A DNA stretch of 61,128 bases from Myxococcales bacterium (GTDB lineage Bacteria > Myxococcota_A > Polyangia > Polyangiales > SLQV01), in contig SLQV01000017.1 in the NCBI GenBank assembly GCA_007131285.1, forward strand, positions 1 through 61,128, in the 5' to 3' direction. Each line of letters opens with the position of its first letter. Position 1 is the stretch's first letter. Of this stretch, positions 1-10,226 are shown in pieces. The notes below the pieces were generated by a model. The model was given only the letters and a program-made list of their open reading frames with translations. It made no database searches and had not been told where the DNA came from. The translations under genes and the position numbers were made by a program.

Positions 1-78
1 CAACCCAGCTTGCGCCCTCCCCCCGCCACGTGGCCGCAAGAACGCCGCTGCGTCAATGCCCAGACTCACTCGCTTTCG

Positions 79-2496
79 TTACCGATTTAGTTGGCTTCCG
101 GTGAGCGCGTGGAGGGTCTGTTCCCGAGCTTCGGCGAGTTGGGTCAGATCTAGCGAGGTGCTGCCTGCGGGCGTACTCACTTTCAGCGCGGTACCGACCA
201 GGGTGCGACCGACAGCGGTGAGCGCGAGACCCGCCTCTGCAGCCTTGGCGGCTAGATAGTCGAACTGCCCGCTTTCAACGGCAAGGATGACCCTCGAAGG
301 GGCCTCGCTGAACCATTCGCGGACACAGCCCTCGGTATCCGTCGCGCTACCGGTCACTTCTCCACCGAGACCGGCAGCGAGAAGCATCTCCAGAATAGCC
401 TGCCAGCGCCCGCCCTCACTGACATCATGCGCTGCGCAAATACGGCCTTCGGCATTCTCTTGAGCAATAAATTGCTGCAGTCGAACCTCAGATCTGAGAT
501 CGAATTCGAGCGAGCGAGGCTCTTCAAGCCGTTCGCGCGCTGCGAGCCATTCACTGCCACTCAAGCTACCGTTCGAAGCAACGCCCACTTCGATCAGTAA
601 CTGGTCCACTGCGGTCGGAGCAATGAAAAGTCGTTTCTCAGGGTTCTCGAGTACACCCACCACCGCGACAGATGGCGTAGGAAAGATACTCTCACCGTCG
701 GTTTCGTTGTACAGGCTGACGTTGCCCGACACCACGGGAACATCGAGGGCACGACTGGCCTCGCCCATGCCGTCGATAGCCTGCGCGATTTCCCACATCA
801 CCTCAGGCACCTGGGGATTACCGAAGTTTAGGCAGTCAGTCATACCCAGAGGCTTAGCGCCGGCACACACGATATTGCGGGCGCACTCCGCGACGACCAT
901 CGCCGCACCCTGGCGCGGATTGATGCGTACAAACCGCTCGTTACAGTCTACAGCGAGTGCCAGATGCTTCTCTGGACCTCCCGAACCTGCCTCGCGCTCG
1001 GGCAGAACGCGAATGATCGCTGCATCGCTTTCCCCGGGACCAGCTACCGTTCCAACACCCACGATATGGTCGAAGTGCTCGTACACCCAGCGTCGCGAGC
1101 AAAGATTAGGGCTCGCTGGAAGATCGCGTAAATCGTCCGCGAAATGATCCCATGCGTATGCGGAAAAGTCGATAGGCTGGGACGCCTCCTCGGCGGGCTT
1201 CCGCGGCCTCTGCGGGCGGTCGTAAACGGGGGCAGCCTCAGTGAGCAGGTCAACCGGCAAATCGACAACAACCCTACTCACGGCACCCTCTCGGGGCGCT
1301 TGATCACGGTATGGGTCAAAGCCCGGAGTCGCCCGACATATGAAACGACCTGTCTCCGTTACGCGGCCGACCACAGCCACATCGAGATCCCACTTCTCGC
1401 AAATGGCGATGACTCGCTCTGCGCAGCCGGGCTTCGCCACCATCAGCATGCGTTCCTGGGACTCGCTGAGCAGCAGCTCGTAAGGCGTTAGGCCCGCGGC
1501 TCGACGCGGAATACGGTCAAGATCTAGATCGAGACCGTTGCCTGCGCGCGCTGCCATTTCAACAGATGAACTCGTTAGGCCCGCGGCACCCATGTCCTGA
1601 ACCCCCTCCAGGACATCGGCCGCAAAAATCTCCAAACACGCCTCGAGAAGCAGCTTCTCGATGAAGGGATCGCCGACCTGGACCGTAGGCAGCTTAGCTT
1701 CGCTTTCGTCGCTGAAGCTCGCGCTCGCCATCGTGGCCCCGTGAATACCATCGCGTCCCGTACGGGAGCCGACATAGAGGACATCGTTGCCCACGCCCTC
1801 GGCTTTACCAAAGAAAAGCGCTTCAGATTTCGCGATACCAACCGTAAATGCATTGACGAGATTGTTGCCGTTAAAGCACGTGCCAAAGCGCAACTCCCCG
1901 CCGACCGTTGGCACGCCCATGCAGTTGCCGTAGTGCGCGATTCCTGCCACGACCCCCTTGAGGAGGTGTGCGGTTTTGGGGTGTTCCGGAGCGCCAAGCC
2001 TCAAACTATTAAGCGAAGCTACAGGCCGTGCGCCCATGGTGAAGACATCCCGTAGGATACCTCCCACGCCCGTAGCTGCCCCCTGAAAAGGCTCGATAAA
2101 CGACGGATGGTTGTGCGATTCCATCTTGAATACAGCACAGTAGCCATCTCCGATAGCCACCGCGCCAGCGTTCTCGCCGGGCCCCTGGACCACCTGCGGA
2201 CCCGTCGTAGGCAGACGACGCAAGTGCAGTCGCGAGCTCTTATAGGAGCAATGCTCGGACCACATCACGCTCACAACCCCTAGCTCGGCGAAGTTTGGCA
2301 GGCGCTGTCCAAGTCGCGCGCAAAGCAAAGCAAATTCATCGGAACTTAAGCCAAAGCTCTGCGCGAGACCAAGGTCGGAAGCCTCGGTCTCGCGGCACAT
2401 GCGTTCCAGGAGCGCTGCGTGCTCACGCGCGTCTTGGGGGTCTGCGGTAGGCGCAGGGCCCCGAGAATTGCTTTTTAAAGAACGTTCCTGCGTCAT
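79..2496 (-). CDS. purL: Phosphoribosylformylglycinamidine synthase subunit PurL (FGAM synthase II)
   Basis: 805-aa ORF with PurL hallmarks ([24 protein letters not shown]) and a duplicated AIR-synthase-like architecture. The stop of purQ overlaps its start by 4 nt. Confidence 0.95.
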   Translation of the reverse strand: MTQERSLKSNSRGPAPTADPQDAREHAALLERMCRETEASDLGLAQSFGLSSDEFALLCARLGQRLPNFAELGVVSVMWSEHCSYKSSRLHLRRLPTTGPQVVQGPGENAGAVAIGDGYCAVFKMESHNHPSFIEPFQGAATGVGGILRDVFTMGARPVASLNSLRLGAPEHPKTAHLLKGVVAGIAHYGNCMGVPTVGGELRFGTCFNGNNLVNAFTVGIAKSEALFFGKAEGVGNDVLYVGSRTGRDGIHGATMASASFSDESEAKLPTVQVGDPFIEKLLLEACLEIFAADVLEGVQDMGAAGLTSSSVEMAARAGNGLDLDLDRIPRRAAGLTPYELLLSESQERMLMVAKPGCAERVIAICEKWDLDVAVVGRVTETGRFICRATPGFDPYRDQAPREGAVSRVVVDLPVDLLTEAAPVYDRPQRPRKPAEEASQPIDFSAYAWDHFADDLRDLPASPNLCSRRWVYEHFDHIVGVGTVAGPGESDAAIIRVLPEREAGSGGPEKHLALAVDCNERFVRINPRQGAAMVVAECARNIVCAGAKPLGMTDCLNFGNPQVPEVMWEIAQAIDGMGEASRALDVPVVSGNVSLYNETDGESIFPTPSVAVVGVLENPEKRLFIAPTAVDQLLIEVGVASNGSLSGSEWLAARERLEEPRSLEFDLRSEVRLQQFIAQENAEGRICAAHDVSEGGRWQAILEMLLAAGLGGEVTGSATDTEGCVREWFSEAPSRVILAVESGQFDYLAAKAAEAGLALTAVGRTLVGTALKVSTPAGSTSLDLTQLAEAREQTLHALTGSQLNR

Positions 2497-3296
2497 CGGG
2501 TCTCCCCGCCCATAAAGCGACCTAGGCTCTCAAAGAGTGCAGCGCCGGCACTGTTGCCGAGAACGGACTCGCTCGCGCGCTCGGGATGCGGCATCAGACC
2601 GAGCACGCGCCGCCGCGCGTCGTAGATGCCAGCGATGTCATCGATCGAACCGTTAGGGTTAGAGTGCGCTACGGTCTGCGCCAGTGACGGGGCGAGCACC
2701 GCCGCCGAACGCGCGAGCGGGGCGCGTCGTGGTTCGGTGGCAGCTTGAGTCACCGCGTGCGGCGCATCGGACGCAGTGTCGCACTTTTCCGGCGCCGCCA
2801 CGTAGCGGAACGCCACCTGACCTTCGCCTTGAAGACTGCGCAGCGTTTCAGCCTCTGCAACGTAGCGGCCATTCGCGTGGGCAATCGGCAGGCGCAGCGC
2901 CTTGCCCACCATCTCCTGGCTGGTGAAGGCCCCGGGGGCCTCCGTGCGCAACCAGATGTCGCGGCAGACAAAGCGGGAACCCTCGTTCGGCGCTAGAGCC
3001 CCCGGCAGCAAGCCGAGCTCTGTTAGTATTTGGAATCCGTTGCAAATACCCAACGTGGGCACGCCGCGCTGTGCGGCTTCAATGACTGCCGAGCTTATAG
3101 GCGAAAAGCGCGCGATAGATCCTGGCCTCAGGTAGTCGCCGTAGGAAAAACCACCGGGAATCACGATGGCGTCACACGGCCCCAGTTCCGCGCTTTTGTG
3201 GAAAACAAAAGCGGGCCACATGCCTAGAGCCCTCAGGGCCTGGAAAGCATCAAAATCGGCATTGGAACCGGGGTACCGGATGACTGCTACGCGCAT
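2493..3296 (-). CDS. purQ: Phosphoribosylformylglycinamidine synthase subunit PurQ (glutaminase)
   Basis: 267-aa ORF with class-I amidotransferase motifs ([20 protein letters not shown] with the Cys nucleophile, MPHPER). ATGA overlap with purL. Carries an internal insertion of about 45 aa (see findings). Confidence 0.93.
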   Translation of the reverse strand: MRVAVIRYPGSNADFDAFQALRALGMWPAFVFHKSAELGPCDAIVIPGGFSYGDYLRPGSIARFSPISSAVIEAAQRGVPTLGICNGFQILTELGLLPGALAPNEGSRFVCRDIWLRTEAPGAFTSQEMVGKALRLPIAHANGRYVAEAETLRSLQGEGQVAFRYVAAPEKCDTASDAPHAVTQAATEPRRAPLARSAAVLAPSLAQTVAHSNPNGSIDDIAGIYDARRRVLGLMPHPERASESVLGNSAGAALFESLGRFMGGETR

Positions 3297-3307
3297 CGCT
3301 AAGTTCT

Positions 3308-4267
3308 CTACTCGCCTTTCGTGACGCCGGAAGCATGCCCGCCGTTCGCGCTTCGACTGTGAGCACCGAGGCCCAAATCGAGGACGAAAAACATAGGCCA
3401 GTATTTGCCCGTAAGCCAGAGGTGCCCTGTTTCTGGCTCGACAGCGAGCCCATTAGGAACCTCTCGCGCGCGGTGTACGCGCTCTGCTTCGCGGTCGAAA
3501 GGTGCGAGATCTAGAGCACCATCGAGCTTGCCGAGTGCGGGATCGATGCGCACTATCCAGGTAGTCATCCAGACATTCGCAAGGAGCCGACCGTCCGGAA
3601 GGCACTCAAGCGCATTCAGCCGTTGCACCGCTTTTCCGTGATGCTCGACCTGCTGAGTCCGCCGCGCCGCGAAGGTTTTCGGGTCACGCAAGATGAGGGT
3701 GCCCGAGCCATCGCTGGTCCAAACGCCTTCGGCCGCAGAGCAGATACCCCAGCCTTCGCCCTCGTAGGCAAGCACCTGCACCTCCCGCAGCGTCTCCGGA
3801 TCCCAGACAAAGGCTTTGCCCTCTTTCCAGCTTAACTGCATCAGCAACCCGGATGGCAGCGCTGTGAGGCCTTCGCCAAAGACACTATCCGGCAGCTTGC
3901 GCGTTCGCAGTACCCGCCCCGTTGAGCGGTCGATCTCACGGATGCGCGAGCTGCCGTAGTGTCCCGTGCTCTCGAAAAACTGGTTGCCGACAAAGGCAAG
4001 CCCTTGGGTGAAACCGTCCGGCCGACGATCGATTGTGCGGATGCGCTCGTAGCCGATCGGCGGAAGACTATCGAAATCCGCCCGGCCGGTATTGCAATCG
4101 CAGGCGGAGACCAGCACTATTGAAGCGAGTATCACCCCCCTACAGTGCCGCCCAAGCCCCACAACTGTCCTCAACCGCCTACGCACCCCTCCAGCGCATG
4201 GCTTGCTTCGTGCAAACCAATCCAACGACACTCTGTGCTCGGCAACGTGCTCGGTGGGGGGTTGCAT
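3308..4267 (-). CDS. Glutaminyl-peptide cyclotransferase (bacterial beta-propeller glutamine cyclotransferase), probable lipoprotein
   Basis: The C-terminal ~260 aa of the 535-aa track ORF match the family pattern (FTQGLAF..FFESTGHYGSSRIREID, FGEGLT, QLSWKEGKAFVWD, EGWGIC, TSDGSGTL, LNALECL..LLANVW, NGLAVEP..LWLTGKYWP). Lipobox LVSAC. The start is uncertain: ATG at 4267 or in-frame GTG at 4186. The track start at 4915 overlaps the divergent kinase and is rejected. Confidence 0.8.
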   Translation of the reverse strand: MQPPTEHVAEHRVSLDWFARSKPCAGGVRRRLRTVVGLGRHCRGVILASIVLVSACDCNTGRADFDSLPPIGYERIRTIDRRPDGFTQGLAFVGNQFFESTGHYGSSRIREIDRSTGRVLRTRKLPDSVFGEGLTALPSGLLMQLSWKEGKAFVWDPETLREVQVLAYEGEGWGICSAAEGVWTSDGSGTLILRDPKTFAARRTQQVEHHGKAVQRLNALECLPDGRLLANVWMTTWIVRIDPALGKLDGALDLAPFDREAERVHRAREVPNGLAVEPETGHLWLTGKYWPMFFVLDLGLGAHSRSANGGHASGVTKGE

Positions 4268-4429
4268 CGGCGCTGCTATCGTGATGCGCCAGGCGTACCT
4301 GCCCGTCAACTTCGGTTGCCGCCACTGCGACATCGCTAAGTGTTGGCCGCGTGCCACCGTCGTGCTGCAAAAAACACTACGCTGCGCGGTCAGAGCTGGG
4401 TCAGGCATTAAGGACGAAGAGAGGAACAT

Positions 4430-6937
4430 GTGCTGAAGGTCGGACAACGACTCGGAACTTACGAGGTGGTAGCGCAGCTCACCTCCGGAGGCATGGCGAC
4501 CTTGTTTCTGGCGCGGCGCGTCGGAGCAGCGGGGTTTGCGCGCTCGGTGGCACTTAAAGTCGTGCAGCCTGAACTCGCTCGTGATCCTCACTTTGTGCGC
4601 ATGTTTATCGATGAGGCAAAGCTTGCGGCGCGCATTCAACACCCGAATGTGGTTCACGTCGAGGAGCTTGGCGAGCGCGATGGATTTTACTTTTTGGCCA
4701 TGGAGTACGTTCACGGCGTGTCGTTGGCGGAGCTCCTGCGAGAGCTGCACAGCCAGAAGCGTCGATTGGCGCCGGCAGTGGCCACATACATCGCAACGCA
4801 AGTCGCAGACGCACTGCACGCGGCCCACGAGACCCGCAGCGACAAAGGTAGGAGGCTTGAGGTCGTTCATCGCGACGTGAGCCCGCAAAACATCCTGATC
4901 AGCAGCAACGGGCACGTGAAGCTCATCGACTTTGGCATCGCAAAAGCACTTGGCCGCCAGAGCCGAACGAATGTTGGCGCCCTCAAGGGCAAGCTGCGGT
5001 ACATGTCACCGGAACAAGCACACGGCAGACCCGTGGACCGCTCAACGGATCTTTACGCGCTCGGTATTGTCCTATGGGAAATGCTGACGATGCGCCGGCT
5101 CTTTCGCGCACCGAGTGAACTTGCATTGCTCGACCAGGTGCGCGCACCGCAGATCGAATCCCCCGACACATTGGTCTCGGACCTGCCTCGGGGTCTTGTA
5201 ACCGCTGTCATGAAGACGCTCTCGATCGAGGCAAAGCAACGCCCTGCCTCCGCCCTCGAGTTGCGCCGAGCACTTGCTTCGGCGGTGGCCGGTGTTGAAG
5301 AGGTGGATTCAACCCAGCTCGCCGAACTCCTCGAGGTGGTACTTGGCCCCCTTCTGGCTGAGCGGGCAGACTTACTGCCGCCTGACACGCGAGAGCTTAC
5401 ACTTGGCAACGCAGCGATCCCCGATGAGACGCCGAGTGTCGAGCACAACGATGCATTCGAGCGCACCATCGATGCAGCACTGCCGCAAACGCAAGCTGGG
5501 CGCCCGCGGCGTCGCATGACGCCCTCCGAAGGGGAGCGAAGCGTAAGCGAACGCGATGCACTCGTCGCCACCGACCGCAACGTGGGCCCCCAAGCTGGTA
5601 CGCGAAGTGGCCTCACCGGCACATCCTCAGCCCGTCGCTCTCCACGCGCCAACAGCGAACCATCCAGTCCGCATTTCGTGCCCCCCAGTGCTGCGCACCC
5701 TACGCGCCCCACTCCCGCAGAAGGTTTTATGGACACCGTCACCGTGTCCATGAAGGAGCTCGAAGGCAACGAATGGATCGACATTGATCTGGACGACGCC
5801 ATCGTAGAAGACGTGAGCGCCGACACACCTGACTCCAAGACACCAACGCGCACGCGGTCGGCGACTCCAGCGCAGCCGCGTTCAGTCGCACCTGGCATAC
5901 GAAACGATGCGGACCTCAACCCACGCTACGTGCAGAGCCCCCAAGGGACTTTCCGAGAAGTAGGGTCTCTTGGCGTTGCCACTGCCCGCGCGGAGGCAAG
6001 TAGCCCGCTCGCTTCAACCGCTCCGCAACGGCACGATGTACGTCCTCCTTTGTCTCCTTTTAGTCACGAAAGTGCGCGCCAAGCCCCCCCATGGGCTCCG
6101 CACGGCCCCGGACAACCACAAGCCATGTTATGGCCTGGTCAGAGCGATGGGCGCATCGATGCAGCGCTCGCGGAAGCGTACGTCACGACTCGCGCAGCAC
6201 ACTTGGTACCAAGCTCGGAGGATGTGCCAGGGCATCACCGGCAATCGCCGGTCAGTGGCACTTATCGATGGGACCATCGCGACTCCGAAGTCAGCCTGGT
6301 CAAATCCGATAGTTATTCACCCGCGACGCTGCCCGTGTTCACGTCCACGGATTCGAATGAGGAGAACGCGTTCGCGAGCGCCGTCGCAGAATTCGACCGC
6401 ACGCAGGCGCGTCGCCGGAACCTCCTGCGGTCTCGTCGCGCTTGGGTCGCGGCCGCACTGTTAGCTTGCCTTGCCAGCGCGGCATGGGCTCTGCTGCAGC
6501 AAGAGGCTCCCCGGGCTGCCCTACGGGCCCACCTTCACCCCGCACTGAGTGCCTTGCTTGGCCTCAGCTCGTCGCCGCACCTGCACGGAAACCGGCAGAT
6601 CACGGCGAGTGTTCCAGCACCAACGCTTCCTCTTCAGGCAGCGCCCGAAATGCCGCGACCCACTGAAAACTCGCCGAGCACGCTAGCGGACGAAGACCAG
6701 ACGCGTGACAAAACGGCAGAAGGTACGCCAGCGGCGCCTGAAGCGTCGACCCACGCCCGAGCGACCGTGACTTCCCCCGGCGCAACCCAGACCGCTGAGG
6801 CCTCACGTACCAAGACCAAGGCACGCCCGACGCGCGCCCCACACCGTCCACGTACGCGCAACCCCGCCCAAGACGCCGACACACCTTCAGAGCAAGTCAT
6901 CGCTGAGGTACCCATTTTTTCGCTGCCGGGGCGCTGA
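4430..6937 (+). CDS. Hanks-type Ser/Thr protein kinase, single-pass membrane, long Pro/Ser/Thr-rich linker and tail
   Basis: N-terminal kinase domain (GGMATLFLA, ALKVV, HRDVSPQNILI, DFGIAK, YMSPEQ). TM segment AWVAAALLACLASAAWALL. GTG start. Confidence 0.9.
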   Translation: MLKVGQRLGTYEVVAQLTSGGMATLFLARRVGAAGFARSVALKVVQPELARDPHFVRMFIDEAKLAARIQHPNVVHVEELGERDGFYFLAMEYVHGVSLAELLRELHSQKRRLAPAVATYIATQVADALHAAHETRSDKGRRLEVVHRDVSPQNILISSNGHVKLIDFGIAKALGRQSRTNVGALKGKLRYMSPEQAHGRPVDRSTDLYALGIVLWEMLTMRRLFRAPSELALLDQVRAPQIESPDTLVSDLPRGLVTAVMKTLSIEAKQRPASALELRRALASAVAGVEEVDSTQLAELLEVVLGPLLAERADLLPPDTRELTLGNAAIPDETPSVEHNDAFERTIDAALPQTQAGRPRRRMTPSEGERSVSERDALVATDRNVGPQAGTRSGLTGTSSARRSPRANSEPSSPHFVPPSAAHPTRPTPAEGFMDTVTVSMKELEGNEWIDIDLDDAIVEDVSADTPDSKTPTRTRSATPAQPRSVAPGIRNDADLNPRYVQSPQGTFREVGSLGVATARAEASSPLASTAPQRHDVRPPLSPFSHESARQAPPWAPHGPGQPQAMLWPGQSDGRIDAALAEAYVTTRAAHLVPSSEDVPGHHRQSPVSGTYRWDHRDSEVSLVKSDSYSPATLPVFTSTDSNEENAFASAVAEFDRTQARRRNLLRSRRAWVAAALLACLASAAWALLQQEAPRAALRAHLHPALSALLGLSSSPHLHGNRQITASVPAPTLPLQAAPEMPRPTENSPSTLADEDQTRDKTAEGTPAAPEASTHARATVTSPGATQTAEASRTKTKARPTRAPHRPRTRNPAQDADTPSEQVIAEVPIFSLPGR

Positions 6938-7031
6938 TCGATCGCGAATCCGCGCGGCCTTCGCCACGGTGGCGCCCCGACCGGAGCATGGCCGCGGGCT
7001 CCGCGGGAATCAGGCCTCGAAATGCTGGGCG

Positions 7032-7898
7032 CTAGGCATCAGGCACTTCGGCCACCTTGGCTTGCATCCCCTCGCCGTTCTCATCTCGGTGAAGGGCGAG
7101 ATCTGCAAGGTGCGAGGGCCGTACATTCGCAAGGCTTGCACCGATGGAATTGAGCGCATTGGGCGCCAGAGTCATCAGTTCTTCGAGGACGGTGCGTACG
7201 CGTTGGCGCATCAGACCAGATTGTGAACCGCAAAGATTGCAGGGCAAAATAGGAAAGGCCATCAGCTCCGCGAAGCGCGCAATCTGACGCTCATCGGCGT
7301 AGTAGAGCGGCCGAATCACTACCGGCTTGTCTCCATCGGGCTCAAGCCGCGGAGGCATCGCACTGAGCGCACCGGAGAAGGTCATATTGAGCAGCAACGT
7401 TTCAATGGCATCCTGCCGGTGGTGCCCTAGCGCAAGCTTATTGCAACCGAGTTCACGAGCGGCGCTATAGAGAATGCCGCGTCGCAATCGCGAGCACAGC
7501 GCACAGTAGGTTTTTCCCGCGGCAACTTTATCAATGACAACACTGTAGGTGTCCTCGCGAATGATGCGGAACTCGTAAGCCTCTCGGCGCAGATACGCTT
7601 CGAGCCGTTCACCTTCGTAACCAGGCTGCCCTTGGTCCACATGCACCGCGAGTAGATCGAACGCGAAGGGCGCGCGTCGCTGCAGAGCGCGGAGCAGATG
7701 CAGCAGCGTATAGCTATCCTTGCCACCGCTGAGGGCAAGCATGATCCGGTCGCCGGGTTCTACTAGCCGGTAGTCCGCGCTGCAGCGGCCGACCTCTCGG
7801 AGCAAGCGCTGCTCAAGCCCTGCAAGTTCAGCGGCATGGCATGGGACGCCTGCGCCGTTTGATCCGGGACTAAGGGGTCGTCCGGCCTTATCCCGCAC
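7032..7898 (-). CDS. ttcA: tRNA 2-thiocytidine(32) synthetase TtcA (PP-loop ATPase)
   Basis: SGGKDS PP-loop plus two Cys motifs (YCALCSRLRRG, PCNLCGSQ). The family normally has about 40-50 aa before the PP-loop, so GTG at 7898 (AGAGG 12 nt upstream) is preferred over the track start at 8081. The start remains uncertain. Confidence 0.8.
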   Translation of the reverse strand: MRDKAGRPLSPGSNGAGVPCHAAELAGLEQRLLREVGRCSADYRLVEPGDRIMLALSGGKDSYTLLHLLRALQRRAPFAFDLLAVHVDQGQPGYEGERLEAYLRREAYEFRIIREDTYSVVIDKVAAGKTYCALCSRLRRGILYSAARELGCNKLALGHHRQDAIETLLLNMTFSGALSAMPPRLEPDGDKPVVIRPLYYADERQIARFAELMAFPILPCNLCGSQSGLMRQRVRTVLEELMTLAPNALNSIGASLANVRPSHLADLALHRDENGEGMQAKVAEVPDA

Positions 7899-8198
7899 TT
7901 GGATGATAGCCTCTGGACTCACGGCGACCAGCTTAGTACAAGCCTTCGAGAGATGCCGCCCGTGCCCCCCGCTTTGCCACTCCGCCCGAGAGATCCGTCG
8001 AAAGTCCCGCAGGGACCTACCGGCCTCGCGTGCGCCAAAGCACAAAGCGGGACGCCTCCTGCTGCACACACAACCCGACAAGTCGGCTTTTCAGCGGGCT
8101 GCGGTGGCAGCGCGCGCGATGCAGGGCGACAAGACTGCTCGATCACGCATGGCGGAGAGCAGGGCAGCAGTGGCGCTGCGTGGTGCGTAGGCATCGGC

Positions 8199-8648
8199 TT
8201 GCTGTTGGTCATCGGCGGGCTCGTACTCGGCGCGATCCTGCAGCCCACTGCGCCGGAGTTTTTACCTAGAACAGGTTCGATTCATCTCATCAAGCGCGCC
8301 GCTTCGTGGGCATCACCGTGCGCCAGCATTGCAGCCTTAGGGCTGGCCCTGGTGGTGGCGGGTCTGCTGCGTCTGGCCGGTTTGCCGAGGTCGTTCGCCT
8401 ACGCAGCGGCACTGCCGCCCTTGATAGCGGCGGTGCTTTTCACTTTTGGGCCAAGCCTGTCCGGGCGCACCGGCATCCACGGTGTCTACTGGCTGCTGGG
8501 CCTCCTCTGGCCATCAGCTATCGTGCTCTACGCGCTCGCCTGGACCCGCTTCAGCGCCTGGGGGCTACCCTGTACGCCGGAGGCCGACGGGCTCGCGGGA
8601 ACCGTGCAACGAGATGACAGGCGGCGCTTGCAAGGAGGCCCGAAGTGA
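8199..8648 (+). CDS. Small polytopic membrane protein, translationally coupled to the downstream symporter
   Basis: Hydrophobic C-terminal ~150 aa of the 7899..8648 ORF with about 4 predicted TM segments and coding-like third-position GC. Its stop overlaps the symporter GTG start (GTGA). No ATG is available, so TTG at 8199 is only a guess. Confidence 0.35.
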   Translation: MLLVIGGLVLGAILQPTAPEFLPRTGSIHLIKRAASWASPCASIAALGLALVVAGLLRLAGLPRSFAYAAALPPLIAAVLFTFGPSLSGRTGIHGVYWLLGLLWPSAIVLYALAWTRFSAWGLPCTPEADGLAGTVQRDDRRRLQGGPK

Positions 8649-10165
8649 ACAGCCAACTTGCGCGCTACGCGCTTGGGGCGCTCGTACTGTACATGATACT
8701 GTGCGCGGGCATTGCCTGGTGGTCGGCGCGCGAGACCCACTCGGAAAGCGACTTCTTTGTTGGGGGCCAACGCCTCGGCGCCCTAGTCAGCGCGCTCGCA
8801 ATGTTCGCCAGCACGCTGAGCGGATTTGGCTTTGTGGGCGGTCCCGGCCTTGTGTACGCCCACGGCGTGACCTCGTTCTGGATCATAGCGGCCACGCCCC
8901 TGGGCTTCGCCCTAGGGTTACTATTGCTCGCGCGTCCTCTGCGCGCGGCGGCGGAACGCGAGCGGGTTATCTCGCTACTCGATGTTGTGCACGCGCGCTT
9001 CCAGTCCCGAACCCTGCGCGCCATCACCTCTCTTGCCGTCCTTGCCGGTTGTACCGCCTACGTGGGCACGCAGATCCTCGCGCTCGCCGTCGCTGTGAAG
9101 CTTGTCCTCGCAACGGCGAGCTTCGGCGTTTCGATGGCCACGCTCATCGTTGTAACAACGGTATTTTTAGTCGCCTATTGCGCCTTTGGCGGGGTTCTCG
9201 CATCAATATATACCGACGTATTGCAAGGTTGCATCATGGTTGTTGCCGCCATTTGGGTCTTCGTGACTGCCTGGCAGACTTTCGACGGCGGGATCCCTCG
9301 AGCTATCGATATTCTGGCCTTCGATAGCGAGGGCGCCGTAGGTGCCTTCGGCGTGATGGGTCCGTTGGCAGCGCTTTCCTGGTTTGTGATCTTCACGTTG
9401 GGCAACGTGGGCCAGCCTCAGGTGGTCTCGAAGATACTGATGCTGCGCTCGAGTCACAGTCTGAAGTCCATCCTGCCGATGACCACCCTCGCCTACACGT
9501 TATCTGCGCTACTTTGGATCGGCATCGGGCTCGCGATTCGAGCGGCGGTCATTGAGGGGCGCATTCCTGCCCTACAAGCGGCCGATGACGCAGCGGCGAC
9601 ATTTCTTACCGCTTTCGCTCCACCCGCGTTAGCGGCTCTCGTCTTAATAGGCCTCCTATCGGCAATTATGTCGACGGCCGATGCTTTTCTGAACCTCGGG
9701 GCGCTGACCCTCACCCACGATTTGCCGATGGCGCTGACGCCTGGACTGCGAGCCCGCTTCAAGCGGTCGGGAAGGAGGCGTCTATGGGTGGCGCGCAGCA
9801 CGACCATGGTACTAGGTGCCGCGGGCGCGTATGTCGCGTTGCTAGCGTCGCGCTCCTCGGGGCCGTTGATAGGGCTGCTCGGTGCTCTGGGCTGGAGCAT
9901 GCTTGCGGCCACGCTAGTGCCGCTCCTCGCCATCGGCCTTCAGCTTAGGCGGGCATCGGCGCTAGCAGCGATACTATCTGTCGCGCTCGGACTGGTGACG
10001 AACATCATACCGGAGATGGTGACAAGCCTGCGGCCGGGAACCATTCATATCGGAGCGTTATCCATTGCCGTCACCTCCCTGGTCTTCATCAGCCTGAACT
10101 TTGCCCTGACCACATCTCTCCCGGAACGTACGCACAAAGTCGCCGACGCGCATGAACTACCATAA
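8645..10165 (+). CDS. Sodium:solute symporter family (SSS) transporter
   Basis: 506-aa polytopic ORF with an SSS-like N-terminus (FFVGGQRLGALVSALAMFASTLSGFGFVGGPGLVY). GGAGG lies 6 nt upstream of the GTG start. Confidence 0.9.
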   Translation: MNSQLARYALGALVLYMILCAGIAWWSARETHSESDFFVGGQRLGALVSALAMFASTLSGFGFVGGPGLVYAHGVTSFWIIAATPLGFALGLLLLARPLRAAAERERVISLLDVVHARFQSRTLRAITSLAVLAGCTAYVGTQILALAVAVKLVLATASFGVSMATLIVVTTVFLVAYCAFGGVLASIYTDVLQGCIMVVAAIWVFVTAWQTFDGGIPRAIDILAFDSEGAVGAFGVMGPLAALSWFVIFTLGNVGQPQVVSKILMLRSSHSLKSILPMTTLAYTLSALLWIGIGLAIRAAVIEGRIPALQAADDAAATFLTAFAPPALAALVLIGLLSAIMSTADAFLNLGALTLTHDLPMALTPGLRARFKRSGRRRLWVARSTTMVLGAAGAYVALLASRSSGPLIGLLGALGWSMLAATLVPLLAIGLQLRRASALAAILSVALGLVTNIIPEMVTSLRPGTIHIGALSIAVTSLVFISLNFALTTSLPERTHKVADAHELP

Positions 10166-10226
10166 AGCAGCCAGCGCGTAGGCAAGACTGTGCGCAACGC
10201 GCGAAGCGCTTGCGCCCCCGGCTGCG

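Noticed and set aside
4268-4915. The N-terminal ~215 aa of the 535-aa track ORF 3308..4915 (minus strand)
   Set aside because: Only the C-terminal part matches glutaminyl cyclase, and a lipoprotein signal appears just before it. The upstream part has Arg/Cys-rich junk composition and overlaps the well-supported kinase gene starting at 4430 on the other strand.
5053-5919. 288-aa minus-strand ORF antisense to the kinase linker region
   Set aside because: It is a Ser/Arg-rich mirror image of a low-complexity Pro/Ser/Thr-coding region. It lies entirely inside the 4430..6937 gene.
8446-9327. 293-aa plus-strand ORF in an alternative frame of the symporter gene
   Set aside because: It is an Arg/Cys/Pro-rich translation typical of off-frame reading of high-GC coding DNA. 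The symporter frame has clear family motifs and TM periodicity.
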